A model generated the notes under the pieces. That model was given only the letters and a program-made list of their open reading frames with translations, was not told the DNA's origin and searched no databases. Below are positions 38,015 to 48,553 of a stretch of DNA of 62,729 bases, one piece after another (the stretch's first letter is position 1; each line of letters opens with the position of its first letter). The position numbers were made by a program, and so were the translations under genes. Location of the stretch: positions 1-62,729 of the forward strand of contig CAXGMD010000009.1 of NCBI GenBank assembly GCA_964010765.1. Reading direction: 5' to 3'. The DNA comes from an uncultured bacterium. GTDB taxonomy: Bacteria > SAR324 > NAC60-12.

Positions 38015-39961
38015 TTAGGCAGTTTGACGTAATTCCTCTAATTCAAGACTAGTTGCCTCCCAATTCTGCAGATGTTGAGTAAGCATCTTTTGCACGCTTT
38101 CCTGCTTTTTTTGAAGTTTCTGAATTTCGATTGGATCTGCAGATTGAAAGTATCCCTCCTTACCAAAATGCTCTTCAATATCTTGAAGTTGGTCTTCGTT
38201 TTTAGCGATTTCTCGCTCAAGTTGTTCTACTGTTCGTTGAAGTTGATTAATGCGCTGCTTCTGAAGTTTGCGTTCTTCATGACTGATTGGTGTCTTCGTT
38301 TTCTGGGTACTTTTACTTTGAGTTTGGCTGGGCTTTTGGTGGTGCAATGAAGTGAGATCGCGATTCAAATAGTCATCTCCAAATCTTTCCAGATATTCTT
38401 GGTAAGGGCCGGAATAGTCTCTCGCCCCCGTTGGAGTTAGTTCAAGAATGTGTGTCGCCACTTTGCTAACGAAGTATCGATCATGGCTGACGACAATTAC
38501 AGTCCCTTCAAATTTTTGCAACGCATCGGCAAGAGCATCTACTCCTTCAAGATCCATATGATTTGTTGGCTCATCCAGAACAAGCACATTCCCCTTCTCG
38601 AGCATCATCCTCGCAAACAATAGTCTCGCTGATTCCCCTCCACTCAATGCATTGACACTTTTTTTAACTTCATCACCAGTAAACAACACTTGGCCAAGAA
38701 GGCCTCTTATGGTCCCTACAGTTTCATGAGGGGCCTGAGCATATAGCCAGTCGTATACGCTCGTTCTGTCTTTCAGCAAATCATGATGATCTTGGGCAAA
38801 GTAGGAGACTTGGGCTTCGTATCCCCAGATACTTTCTCCGTTATTCGGTTCCATTTGTCCCAAAGCAATTTTGAGTAGGGTAGACTTTCCAATACCATTA
38901 GGACCAATCAGGGCAACCTTCTCGCCTCGCTCAATCGTCGTATCAATGCCATTGAGTACTTTCAGAGTACCAAAAGCTTTTTGAATATTTTTCAGTGTTA
39001 ATACCACTTTTCCAGAAGGCCGTTTTTGCTGAAACCTAAGTGTTGGCGACACCCTTGAAGAAAGTTTTGTTTCCGGTACTTCGAGTCGATCAATCATTTT
39101 TGCACGTGATTGAGCCTGCCGAGCCTTTGTTGCCTTAGCTTTGAATCTGTCCACAAATGCCTGCATTTCTGCAGCTTTGCGCTCAACGCTCTCAATTTCT
39201 TTTTGACGTTGGGAACTCTCTAATTCCTTTGCAGCGAGAAATCGCTCGTAGTTTCCGGTATATGGAATTACCTCCTCATAATCAATATCGACAATGTGTG
39301 TAGCGGTAGCATTCAGAAAATCACGATCGTGGGATATGTAAATCAGTGTTCCCTGAAACTGGTCTCTTAGAAATTCTTCCAGCCATCGAATAGAAATGAT
39401 ATCGAGATGGTTTGTTGGTTCGTCAAGCAGCAATAGGTCTGGATCACTAAAAAGAACTTGGGCTAGCAAAACACGTAGTTTGAAGCCTCCAGAAAGAGCC
39501 CTCATCTTTTCATGGTGATAATTAACGCTAATTCCCAGCCCTGCCAATAACTCTGCGGCAAAGGCCTCAGCGCTATACCCATCCTCTTCAGCAATGGTAA
39601 TTTCTAGTTCTGCGAGCTGGTGGCCTGTCTTTTCATCCATTTCCTCCTTCGCTAGGAGTTCCTCTTTCATCTCCATGGCTTGCCAAAGACGTTTCTTGCC
39701 TTGCATCACGACATGGATAATGACGTGATCTTCATAACTGAAATGATCCTGACGTAAAAATCCAAGTTTCAGTTCTTTAGGGACAGATACCTTCCCTTCT
39801 GTGGGGTTTTCGTCATTAGTCAAAATGCGTAGAAGAGTGGACTTGCCAGCTCCGTTGGCTCCGACAAGACCATAGCGTTTACCAGGATCAAAGTTGATAC
39901 TGGCATTTCTGAAAAGCACCTTGGCGCCGTATTGCATACCAAGGTTGGTTACACAGATCAT
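38015..39961 (-). CDS. ABC-F family ATP-binding protein (YbiT/YheS-like)
   Basis: Two ABC domains (GANGAGKST, LSGG, LLDEPTNHLD; GPNGIGKST, LSGGE, LDEPTNHMD), linker RFKAKATKARQAQSR, C-terminal coiled coil, no TM. Confidence 0.93.
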   Translation of the reverse strand: MICVTNLGMQYGAKVLFRNASINFDPGKRYGLVGANGAGKSTLLRILTNDENPTEGKVSVPKELKLGFLRQDHFSYEDHVIIHVVMQGKKRLWQAMEMKEELLAKEEMDEKTGHQLAELEITIAEEDGYSAEAFAAELLAGLGISVNYHHEKMRALSGGFKLRVLLAQVLFSDPDLLLLDEPTNHLDIISIRWLEEFLRDQFQGTLIYISHDRDFLNATATHIVDIDYEEVIPYTGNYERFLAAKELESSQRQKEIESVERKAAEMQAFVDRFKAKATKARQAQSRAKMIDRLEVPETKLSSRVSPTLRFQQKRPSGKVVLTLKNIQKAFGTLKVLNGIDTTIERGEKVALIGPNGIGKSTLLKIALGQMEPNNGESIWGYEAQVSYFAQDHHDLLKDRTSVYDWLYAQAPHETVGTIRGLLGQVLFTGDEVKKSVNALSGGESARLLFARMMLEKGNVLVLDEPTNHMDLEGVDALADALQKFEGTVIVVSHDRYFVSKVATHILELTPTGARDYSGPYQEYLERFGDDYLNRDLTSLHHQKPSQTQSKSTQKTKTPISHEERKLQKQRINQLQRTVEQLEREIAKNEDQLQDIEEHFGKEGYFQSADPIEIQKLQKKQESVQKMLTQHLQNWEATSLELEELRQTA

Positions 39962-39964
39962 GTT

Positions 39965-40702
39965 TTACAGAGGGATAGTTAGGCGGAGTTGTTGAACCAA
40001 TTCTTCAAAAGCTTGTTGCACAGCTGGAGCTTTGGCCGGATATCGAAGTCGGAGGGTCACCCTGCGTGGAGCTTCCTGAAGACTATGGGCATAAATTCCC
40101 AAAAGTGCATTTGGCCATTGCTTACTGAAATTTTCTACAGCTTCAGCAGCATCACCTTCAGGTACGTCCAAGATGATTTCTTGAATTTTCCATTCTGAAG
40201 AACCTTTTTTCCAGATAGGCAGGGTCATCGGTAACATTGCCTTCAGCATGCTTGGAAAACCTGGGAACGCAAAAATTCCCTGCACATGAAACCCTGGTGC
40301 ACCCTCAGGATTTTCGATTAATTCACATCCCTCAGGCAGATCTGCCATCCGGGCACGTGCCTCATTTAATCGATCCTGATATCTTTTTATCAAAATTGAA
40401 TAACATTCAGGATGTCGGATGATTGGAATGCCCAATGATTGCGCAATAGCTTGTCGCGTGCAGTCGTCATGTGTTCCACCAATTCCACCGGAGACGACCA
40501 AAGGATGAAATTCTTTGTGCAATTCCCTCAGCCATTTTGCGATTGTGTCTTGGTGATCTGGTAACGTTATTGCGATTCCTGCTGGCTGGTCCTGCTCCTT
40601 CAGCCACTGCAGCATCCATTGCTGATTACCATTGGCCAATTCTCCCCAAACAAGTTCTTCTCCAACCGTAATTACAGCTGGACTAAGATGTGATTCAGTC
40701 AT
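39965..40702 (-). CDS. CinA N-terminal-like / molybdopterin-binding-fold protein
   Basis: VITVGEELVWG, VSGGIGGTHDDCTRQAIA, IENPEGAPG, FPGFPSML; lacks the CinA C-terminal deamidase domain. Confidence 0.85.
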   Translation of the reverse strand: MTESHLSPAVITVGEELVWGELANGNQQWMLQWLKEQDQPAGIAITLPDHQDTIAKWLRELHKEFHPLVVSGGIGGTHDDCTRQAIAQSLGIPIIRHPECYSILIKRYQDRLNEARARMADLPEGCELIENPEGAPGFHVQGIFAFPGFPSMLKAMLPMTLPIWKKGSSEWKIQEIILDVPEGDAAEAVENFSKQWPNALLGIYAHSLQEAPRRVTLRLRYPAKAPAVQQAFEELVQQLRLTIPL

Positions 40703-40983
40703 TGATTTTCATTCTTTGGAGGGTCTTGGCGTCGCCAGTAATAGCAGAGTAGACCAAATGAGATCGCTACATTCCCAAACATCATTGGATAATGACTTTC
40801 TAACTCCAATAATTGGATCAATGGCATGAAAAGAAGTGACAGACAGGCAAGGTTCCAAATAATGAAACCTAGGACCATCAGCATTCTTCTGCGCTCTATA
40901 TCCTGCATCAATTTCTCATATTCCATATCCAATTTGGAGCTGGAACCATTTCGCTCTTCGGTATCTATCATTACCTTTCCCAA
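40699..40983 (-). CDS. Small 2-TM membrane protein
   Basis: Two hydrophobic segments; ATGA overlap with the downstream gene; start uncertain. Confidence 0.6.
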   Translation of the reverse strand: MGKVMIDTEERNGSSSKLDMEYEKLMQDIERRRMLMVLGFIIWNLACLSLLFMPLIQLLELESHYPMMFGNVAISFGLLCYYWRRQDPPKNENQ

Positions 40984-41173
40984 GATTGTTTTAGAAGTAC
41001 AACCAACTAAAAATTACTATCAGAAACAAAAAAGCTGTAAAACAGCCCAGGGGCAGTGGATTCCACTCAGGAAGAATAGATTTGACCTGCACACTAATCT
41101 TTCAACAATTACTTAGATCAACCCAGAAAGGCTAGCAGATGGCGAAGGAAGCACAAGTGAGGAAGTGTAGTTT

Positions 41174-41194
41174 ATGAGGGCTCTACGCCCTCAT
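41174..41194. terminator. Hairpin at the 3' end of the gyrA gene run
   Basis: ATGAGGGC-TCTAC-GCCCTCAT, 5 nt past the stop at 41200. Confidence 0.5.
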
Positions 41195-41199
41195 TAAGA

Positions 41200-42711
41200 T
41201 TAGCGAAGGATGTTGCGAAGGGAAGCAATCTTTTGCTGTTGATCTCGTTGTGGAGCAAAGTCAGCTGCTCTGTCCAAGTGAGAAAGCAGTTGCCTTCTCG
41301 TCTCTTCCATTTGAATGCTGTCTTGTTCCATTTGAGTACTTTCGAGAATTTTACGCTGTGTATTAGAAATTATTAGATCTGGTAGCGTCTTCAGTAGTGT
41401 GTCTCGTTGCAATAGTGCTTGTGCAATTTCCTGATCATTCTGTGCTTGGAGAGCTGATTCATGTAGACTATCTAGTGCATTCAGATAGGTTTCAATCTTC
41501 AGGTGCAGATTTGATTGTCGCTGTGCCGAACGAATTTGCTCCACCGCCTGAAGGTAGTAGCGTTCAAACTCTGTTTCCTGAGGATAGCTAAAGAATGCTG
41601 ATTGTAATCCTGCAATTGGAATCCTAGAGTCTAGGAATTGCTGCCTGCGAGTCACACTTTGATCTGTGACACTGAAGAAATTGACAACAATAGAATTGTT
41701 GCTGGTAACTTCAACGAAGGGAGGCAATTCAAAGATCTGAGGATTAATCTGAGCTTTCAGGAAAATTCTCTGCTGATGCTCTACATCGGTCACGACTTCA
41801 ACGTGCTGGAGATATTCGAGAGTTCGGAAACCAGGAACTTCACGAATTTTCTCAGCGTTCGGGATCATGACTTGGATAAAGAATTGGTTCTTCCTTAATC
41901 CTGTCTCGGGGTCTCGAAGATTCTGTTCCACAATTTGGTAGGGAATCAAATCTGGAGTCAATGCGACATTTTGATCGAAAATGATCTCGACCCCAAAGCG
42001 CCATATGTTTCTTAGTTCATCCTCAACTTGTCTTGGTAAAGCTACTAGCTCTCTAACCAAGAATGGCTGACTAAGAATGACATCGTCCTCCAGGGGATCT
42101 TGGATGAAAGCCCCATCATTCATCAGTTGGTAAGCATCTAGATAAGTAAAGATTTCTCTGCCGCCGTTGTCTAACTCAAGAACATATCGGAAACGATTAC
42201 CTTGATCATCGGCAGCAAACTGCTCTTCTTCACCAGGATGTAGCATACGGAATCTTCGTATCCCGTAAGTCATTCTCTTTCCTTCCAGCAGATCGTGCTC
42301 TCCATAAGTCTTTACGTAGGCCTGAGAAGTCAGCACCAGTCGGTAAAACTCATTTTTGTCCAAAATTCCAAATTCTGTACTTTCACTGGACGGGAACACC
42401 AACACTCTATTTCCAGTCAATTGGAGTTGGTCTGTCAGCGACCACTCATAGACTTGGTTGAGTTTCCATTCCTGACTGGAACCATCCTCCAAAACTGCTT
42501 GGAGAAAATGCTCATCGTTCGTACGATTTTTGACGAATACCGAAGATATTCGGAGATCTCTATAGAGTCCCTTATCTAAAGTCTCCGCCAACTTAATCGC
42601 ATTCAGCTTAGATGTGTACTCAGGAAAAGCGAAAATGCTTGTTGGGAAAAGTGTGATAGAAATCAGTAGGAGCCAGCCTACCACTGTGCGAATTTGTCGT
42701 TGCTTACTCAA
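41200..42711 (-). CDS. Exported hypothetical protein (503 aa), possibly with an AMIN-like domain
   Basis: Signal peptide ending SIFA; beta-rich middle, helical C-terminus; overlaps the upstream gene by 8 nt. Confidence 0.7.
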   Translation of the reverse strand: MSKQRQIRTVVGWLLLISITLFPTSIFAFPEYTSKLNAIKLAETLDKGLYRDLRISSVFVKNRTNDEHFLQAVLEDGSSQEWKLNQVYEWSLTDQLQLTGNRVLVFPSSESTEFGILDKNEFYRLVLTSQAYVKTYGEHDLLEGKRMTYGIRRFRMLHPGEEEQFAADDQGNRFRYVLELDNGGREIFTYLDAYQLMNDGAFIQDPLEDDVILSQPFLVRELVALPRQVEDELRNIWRFGVEIIFDQNVALTPDLIPYQIVEQNLRDPETGLRKNQFFIQVMIPNAEKIREVPGFRTLEYLQHVEVVTDVEHQQRIFLKAQINPQIFELPPFVEVTSNNSIVVNFFSVTDQSVTRRQQFLDSRIPIAGLQSAFFSYPQETEFERYYLQAVEQIRSAQRQSNLHLKIETYLNALDSLHESALQAQNDQEIAQALLQRDTLLKTLPDLIISNTQRKILESTQMEQDSIQMEETRRQLLSHLDRAADFAPQRDQQQKIASLRNILR

Positions 42712-43654
42712 AGTTCTCTCCTACATAAACTTCGACATCGGTTCCCATCCGACCCTTATGACTGGATGGCATTTGTTCAACAAGCTGTTCCCCTGGAATC
42801 ACCTCGGACAAAGCTAACGCTGCCTTCATGAAATTGGGTCTGAAATAGATTTTGGTTCTGGGTAGTACCATGCCCTCACGAACCGAAGAAATATTCGTGA
42901 CTTCCAATCTCATTCCAACTTGTTCCTCTAATTTCTGCCTTTGTTGTCGATCTAACAGGATAGCAAGTCTTTGAGCATTTTGATCCTTAGTGGATGCATT
43001 CAATACAGATACATTGAGCTGTATTGGTTGTTGATACATCAGCAAAGCTGCCACAGGGTGAAGCATCACAGCATCGCGAGCTTGGGAGGCCATGGGCTTG
43101 AGCTGCCTTTCACCGCGGCCTGCTGAAGCTGCCATGTCGTCAATACCTGGGTCAGAAATTTGTGAACTTGCTCGTTCTCGGTCTTGCGACCCAAGTCTCT
43201 TGCGCATTGGTTTCAGGGCAAAGGCAAGCTGCTGTCCATCTGATTTTTCTCTGTCTAATTCTAGCGAAACGTCCCCAGTACTCGTAAAGATCTGCATGTC
43301 GACTAGAAAGTCCACATTCCCTCCACCAGTTCTGCTGATTTTCTCATGCAGTTCAACACGCTTGACCCCGTCTTCTTCAGCGAAAGCCATCTCTCGTTGA
43401 GGTAGGGTTACGTTATTCAGAAATGCTTGGGGAATCGAAACCTGGAATTTACCGGGGGTGTCTCCAGATTCAACTTGAATGGCTGAGAAGAGAGATTCGT
43501 CAAAGACTCCTCTTATCGTTAGGTAGGAGGGATCACCTGGAATGACATCCAAGTGATCCACCATATGTCCAGAGGGTAATTCCTGCGCCAATTTGGGTTT
43601 GGCCAGAACTGCCAAAGCACAAATAGAGAGCAGAAGTGACAAGATTTTTCGCAT
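42704..43654 (-). CDS. Exported protein with LytR C-terminal (LytR_C) domain
   Basis: Likely start ATG 43654 (MRKILSLLLSICALAVLA); C-terminal VSVLNAS...AQRLAILL...TKIYFRP....AALALSEVIP...TDVEVYVGENF fits the LytR_C pattern. Confidence 0.75.
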   Translation of the reverse strand: MRKILSLLLSICALAVLAKPKLAQELPSGHMVDHLDVIPGDPSYLTIRGVFDESLFSAIQVESGDTPGKFQVSIPQAFLNNVTLPQREMAFAEEDGVKRVELHEKISRTGGGNVDFLVDMQIFTSTGDVSLELDREKSDGQQLAFALKPMRKRLGSQDRERASSQISDPGIDDMAASAGRGERQLKPMASQARDAVMLHPVAALLMYQQPIQLNVSVLNASTKDQNAQRLAILLDRQQRQKLEEQVGMRLEVTNISSVREGMVLPRTKIYFRPNFMKAALALSEVIPGEQLVEQMPSSHKGRMGTDVEVYVGENFE

Positions 43655-43731
43655 GGAAGCAACCCTTGAAAAGTGGCGAAAAAAGGCGATTTGCAGCACA
43701 AAATGCAGAAAATGCGCCAGCCCTTCTTCGT

Positions 43732-46263
43732 TCACTCCGAGGAATCAGATCCTTCATCAGACACTTCATTTTCCTCAGTAACCACTTCTGATTCCTCAAC
43801 ATCCTCGTTATCTTCAGTTACTGTAGAAATAGCAATTACACGTTCGTCTTCCTGTAGTCTTATCAAACGTGAACCTTGGGTAACTCTCCCAATGATTGGG
43901 ATCTGATTGGTGTGTATTCGAATCATTCGGCCAGTTTGGGTGATCAGCAGAAGCTGCTCTCCCTCCTCAATTTCAAACATTTCAACAACAGGACCTGTTG
44001 TTTCGTTGATACGCATTGTGCGCAAGCCTTTGTTGCCACGATGTTTTGATAGTGTAAATGTGTCAATCTCAGATTGCTTTCCATACCCATTTTCTGCAAC
44101 GGTCAATATCCTTCCTGAGCCAGAGTGCGTAAAAGCAGAAACAACCTGATCACTTGGCCCAAGGCGCATGCCAATTACACCTCTGGCATCGCGTCCCATA
44201 GACCGTATTGTTGATTCATGGACGCGTAATCCCATACCATTGCGACTGGTGAAGAACAACTCACGGTTTCCATCTGTCAAAGCAGCTGAAATTAAAGAGT
44301 CCCCTTCATCTAAGCTGATTCCTCGAATACCTGTGCGGCGTACTCTGGTTGGATCAAGCATGTCAATTTTCTTGCAGATCCCGTTAGTTGTGCACATCAA
44401 TATGTGTTTTAGATCAGTTCTTTCCTTGAAATGCCGGGGTATCACCAAGCAAGTTCGGATCGTCTCCTTTTGAGTGCCTTCTTTTTCATTCTCTCTTTGC
44501 AGTTCCAGAACGTTTGCGGCGTGCTTACCTCGGCTTGTCCGACCTGCTTGGGGCAGTTCGTAGACCCTTGCTCTGTAAATTCGTCCTAGGTTGGTGAAGA
44601 ACAATAAATGGTCATGTGTTGAGGCCACAAACATCTGTTCTAAGAAATCGCCATCTTTGGTGGTTGCCCCTTGAACACCTCGCCCACCTCTATGTTGAAG
44701 TCGATATTCGGTAACAGGGGTCCGTTTCACATAGCCTTCGTGAGATATGGTTACGGCCATATCTTCTTCAGTAATCAAATCTTCGATTGCAATGTCTGAG
44801 TCATCCTCAACAATCTCTGTTCGTCGTTCATCACCGTAACGATCACGAATTTCAACTGCTTCTGTTTGTATGATTTCGATTACTCTCTCCTCACGTTGGA
44901 GAATATCTTCCAGATCAGCAATTTTCAGGGTTACTTGCTCATGTTCATCTCGAATTTTCTCTCGCTCCATCCCTGTTAAACGCTGGAGGCGCAGCTCCAA
45001 AATTGCTTGGGATTGGCGTTGAGAAAGAGCGTAGTCAGCCATCAAAACGGCTTGGGCAGCTGGACCATTCGCAGCCTTACGAATGGCTTCGATCACCTCG
45101 TCCAAATTTTCGAGAGCAGTCATCAAGCCCTCAAGAATGTGAAGGCGATTTTTAGCTTGGTCTAGTTCAAATTGGGTTCGGCGAGTGACAACTTCGATTC
45201 GATGCCGCAGGAAAAATTCCAGTGTTTGAGCAAGCGAGAGCACCTTGGGTTGCTTCTCTACGATTGCGAGCATTGTTATCCCAAAAGATGACTGTAAAGC
45301 GGTTTGTTTAAAAAGATTGCTCAAGACAACATTTGGGTCATCTCCCCTGCGAACCTGAATATACATCCGCATGCCTTTGCGATCCGATTCATCTCTCAGA
45401 TCTGTGATGCCCTCTAATCTCTTTTCCCGGACCATCTCAGCAATTTTTTCGAGGAGATTGGCCTTGTTCACCATGAAAGGTAATTCTGTCACGATGATAG
45501 CTTCACGACCTTCTTTGGTAGTCTCAACATGAGTCTTGGCACGAATGCGAATGATTCCCTTCCCGTTCATGTAGGCATCGTAAATTCCCCTTCTGCCCAT
45601 GATAATCCCGCCGGTGGGAAAGTCGGGACCAGGTAGCAGTTCTAGAAGATCTGGCAGCGAGGTTGTGTATCGATTTTCAATGTAGTAGAGGAAGGCGTTG
45701 AGGACTTCACGTAGATTGTGTGGAGGTATGTTGCTGGCCATGCCAACAGCAATCCCAGTAGATCCATTGACCAGTAGATTCGGAATCTTTGTCGGTAGTA
45801 CCGTGGGTTCTTGTTGAGAATCATCGTAGTTGGGGATGAAATCGACGGTTCCTTTATCCAGATCACTCATCATCTCGTGAGCGATCTGCTTCATTCTAAT
45901 TTCGGTGTAGCGCATGGCTGCTGGTGCATCCCCATCGACTGAACCGAAATTCCCCTGCCCATCAATCAGTTGATATCGCATTGAAAAAGGCTGTGTCAGC
46001 CGCACGATTGTGTCATACACTGCTGCATCACCGTGGGGGTGATATTTACCGATCACATCCCCAACAACACGGGCGGATTTTCGATAGGCTCGATTGTAAT
46101 GGTTTCCCTGGTCCTGCATTGCAAACAGAACGCGTCGATGGACAGGCTTGAGGCCATCACGTACATCTGGAAGAGCACGCCCCACAATCACGCTCATTGC
46201 GTACTCCATGTAGGAGTCTCTCATTTCATGGACAATGTCTGCGTTCAGAATCCGTTCAGTCAT
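43732..46263 (-). CDS. gyrA: DNA gyrase subunit A
   Basis: [39 protein letters not shown] (catalytic Tyr), GyrA-box QHRGGRG, acidic tail. Confidence 0.98.
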   Translation of the reverse strand: MTERILNADIVHEMRDSYMEYAMSVIVGRALPDVRDGLKPVHRRVLFAMQDQGNHYNRAYRKSARVVGDVIGKYHPHGDAAVYDTIVRLTQPFSMRYQLIDGQGNFGSVDGDAPAAMRYTEIRMKQIAHEMMSDLDKGTVDFIPNYDDSQQEPTVLPTKIPNLLVNGSTGIAVGMASNIPPHNLREVLNAFLYYIENRYTTSLPDLLELLPGPDFPTGGIIMGRRGIYDAYMNGKGIIRIRAKTHVETTKEGREAIIVTELPFMVNKANLLEKIAEMVREKRLEGITDLRDESDRKGMRMYIQVRRGDDPNVVLSNLFKQTALQSSFGITMLAIVEKQPKVLSLAQTLEFFLRHRIEVVTRRTQFELDQAKNRLHILEGLMTALENLDEVIEAIRKAANGPAAQAVLMADYALSQRQSQAILELRLQRLTGMEREKIRDEHEQVTLKIADLEDILQREERVIEIIQTEAVEIRDRYGDERRTEIVEDDSDIAIEDLITEEDMAVTISHEGYVKRTPVTEYRLQHRGGRGVQGATTKDGDFLEQMFVASTHDHLLFFTNLGRIYRARVYELPQAGRTSRGKHAANVLELQRENEKEGTQKETIRTCLVIPRHFKERTDLKHILMCTTNGICKKIDMLDPTRVRRTGIRGISLDEGDSLISAALTDGNRELFFTSRNGMGLRVHESTIRSMGRDARGVIGMRLGPSDQVVSAFTHSGSGRILTVAENGYGKQSEIDTFTLSKHRGNKGLRTMRINETTGPVVEMFEIEEGEQLLLITQTGRMIRIHTNQIPIIGRVTQGSRLIRLQEDERVIAISTVTEDNEDVEESEVVTEENEVSDEGSDSSE

Positions 46264-46361
46264 TTTGAGTAGTTGGGAATGATGTGAAAGTAAGGGATGT
46301 TGCTGACCAAGGGTTGATCTTAAAACCTCGATGGGTCAACGATTAGCGTTTTCGGTTAGAA

Positions 46362-46661
46362 TCAGGTGATGATCTTCGGCGGTTCAGTTTCTTCATCCTT
46401 TCCAAGATCACCAAGTTGATCGAGCCCAAGAGCCGAGAGGTCAAATCCTGAGAAGGGCTGAGAAGTTTCTGCGTCAACCCAACGTTCGTTTTCAAAAACG
46501 TAGAGTTTGGCTACTCCTCGGAAAGGTGTGAAAACTTTCAGGTAAGAATCGTCATCTTCTGCTTCGATAGTGATTTCACCATCGACTTCTTTGATAACTT
46601 TTGCTGAATACTTGACAGGAATAGATTCGGGGAAGGTCAATTGCTTGCCATCAATCTTCAT
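46362..46661 (-). CDS. Hypothetical protein (99 aa)
   Basis: ATG with GGAG SD; stand-alone ORF; no motif recognised. Confidence 0.65.
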   Translation of the reverse strand: MKIDGKQLTFPESIPVKYSAKVIKEVDGEITIEAEDDDSYLKVFTPFRGVAKLYVFENERWVDAETSQPFSGFDLSALGLDQLGDLGKDEETEPPKIIT

Positions 46662-46744
46662 TCGGTAACTCCATGTGACTGAATCAACAGAATATTAAAG
46701 AGCTATTTTCCTTCAAAATTCTAGGTGTAGCAAGACAAATTGGT

Positions 46745-47479
46745 TCAGGAAGCCAGCATTCTTCCGCCATCAACGGGTAATACGGTTCCGGTTACGAAAT
46801 CATTTTCAAGAAAATAGGTGACTGCTTTGGCGATATCATCAGGCCTCCCCATTTTTTTAAGTAAGCTTCTTTCAATGGCTAGATCTTGGCTAAATGAACT
46901 ACTCTCAGGGGGAGGCAGCATTGTTCCGGGCGCAACCGCATTGACTTGCACTGCAGGAGCCAGGGCCTTAGCAAGCCCTTTCGTCAATGACACGAGCCCA
47001 GCCTTGGATGCACAATAGGGCAAAAACTGTGGCCAAGGCCTTTCTGCAGCTACATCTACAATGTTCACAATTTTCCCATGACCTCTTTTGAGCATTGATG
47101 TCCCGACTGATTGTGAGAGAAAAAATGGTGCTTTCAGGTTCAGTGAGATCAAGTGGTCCCATTCCGATTCGCTTACATTACCAAGGGGTGTAGGGAAAAA
47201 GTCAGCAGCATTGTTGATCAGCACATCAATTTGACCCAGTTGTGCTTCAATCTGCTGAATCAATAGTTTAATCTCGGATACTTGCCTAAGGTCGGCTTGA
47301 AAGCAACCATGCTGTTTAGAATCTCCACCGATGAGTTCCAAGGTTTCTTTTGCCCCCTCCAAAGACTGGTGGTAATGTAGGGCTACTTTCATTCCTTGTT
47401 TGCCAAGGGAGACTGCGATAGCTTGACCGAGACGCACACCTGCTCCGGTAACTAACACTGTGCGGTTTTTTAATTCCAT
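46745..47479 (-). CDS. Pteridine reductase-like SDR (FolM/PTR1 family)
   Basis: TGAGVRLG (R in the Gly motif, typical of pteridine reductases), ALHYHQS, INNAADF, NLKAPFFL, YCASK, VQVNAVAPG. Confidence 0.82.
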   Translation of the reverse strand: MELKNRTVLVTGAGVRLGQAIAVSLGKQGMKVALHYHQSLEGAKETLELIGGDSKQHGCFQADLRQVSEIKLLIQQIEAQLGQIDVLINNAADFFPTPLGNVSESEWDHLISLNLKAPFFLSQSVGTSMLKRGHGKIVNIVDVAAERPWPQFLPYCASKAGLVSLTKGLAKALAPAVQVNAVAPGTMLPPPESSSFSQDLAIERSLLKKMGRPDDIAKAVTYFLENDFVTGTVLPVDGGRMLAS

Positions 47480-47488
47480 TTTGAATTT

Positions 47489-48511
47489 ATGCTCGAAAAA
47501 AGAAAACCAATCATTGGTCTAACGATGGGAGATCCTAATGGGATTGGCCCTGAAATCATAGTTAAGGCACTTACGAAACTCAATTCTTGCTTGGATTGGC
47601 ATCCAGTCATCTTTGGAGACGCCTGGGTTCTTGAACAGGTTGTCAACAAACTTGGTTCAAATCTGCAGCTAAGAAAGTGTGAAAATCTGGATGAATTACC
47701 TGTTGGGCCCTGTATTGTGGATTTGAAGGTTCACTCCGGTAGGAACTGGAATCTGGGACAAGTCAGTGCCTGGGGCGGAGAGTCATCTTTTCAATTTTTG
47801 AAAGTTGCAATTGAGGCAGCGCTAGCAAACCAGATTGATGCAATTACCACAGCCCCAATTAGCAAAACGGCCCTACATTTGGCCGGTCATCATTTTCCTG
47901 GACACACACAAATTCTCTCAGCATTTAGCAACGGTGCCCCACCTGTAATGATGCTTACTGTTGAAGGACTAAGAGCCGTTCATGTCAGCACCCATGTTTC
48001 TTTGCGTAATGCAATTGAGCAACTTCAACCAAAGCGAATCCTTGAAGTTGCTCAAATCACTCATGATGCCCTAAGAAGAATGGGTATTGAAAATCCAAGA
48101 CTCGCATTACCAGGTTTGAATCCTCATGCCGGTGAGGAAGGCCTTTTCGGTGCGGAAGAGGAAGAAATACTTCTGCCAGCATTGAACTTAATGGAAGAGG
48201 CAGGCATAAATTGTATCGGTCCCATTTCCCCAGATACTGTTTTTTTGAGGCATCGTCAGGGCGAATTCGATGCCGTGATTGCGCTTTATCATGACCAATC
48301 CCACATTGCACTCAAACTTCTTGGTTTTGAAAAAGGAGTCAATGTAACCTTGGGATTACCCTTGATTCGCACATCAGTTGATCACGGAACAGCTTTCGAC
48401 CGAGCCTCCCAATTGAATGCAGATGCTGGTTCCATGGAATCTGCGATCGAATTAGCGTTATGTTTCGTTTCTAACTCCTACCCGAAGCAGAACGCACCGT
48501 TTTTGCAGTAG
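47489..48511 (+). CDS. pdxA: 4-hydroxythreonine-4-phosphate dehydrogenase family (PdxA/PdxA2)
   Basis: IGLTMGDPNGIGPE, TAPISK, FPGHT, GLNPHAGEEG, YHDQ, NVTLGLPLIRTSVDHGTAFD. Confidence 0.93.
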   Translation: MLEKRKPIIGLTMGDPNGIGPEIIVKALTKLNSCLDWHPVIFGDAWVLEQVVNKLGSNLQLRKCENLDELPVGPCIVDLKVHSGRNWNLGQVSAWGGESSFQFLKVAIEAALANQIDAITTAPISKTALHLAGHHFPGHTQILSAFSNGAPPVMMLTVEGLRAVHVSTHVSLRNAIEQLQPKRILEVAQITHDALRRMGIENPRLALPGLNPHAGEEGLFGAEEEEILLPALNLMEEAGINCIGPISPDTVFLRHRQGEFDAVIALYHDQSHIALKLLGFEKGVNVTLGLPLIRTSVDHGTAFDRASQLNADAGSMESAIELALCFVSNSYPKQNAPFLQ

Positions 48512-48553
48512 TTGGAATGAAAGCATTAACGAAAATAAATCAGGGTCTCAATT

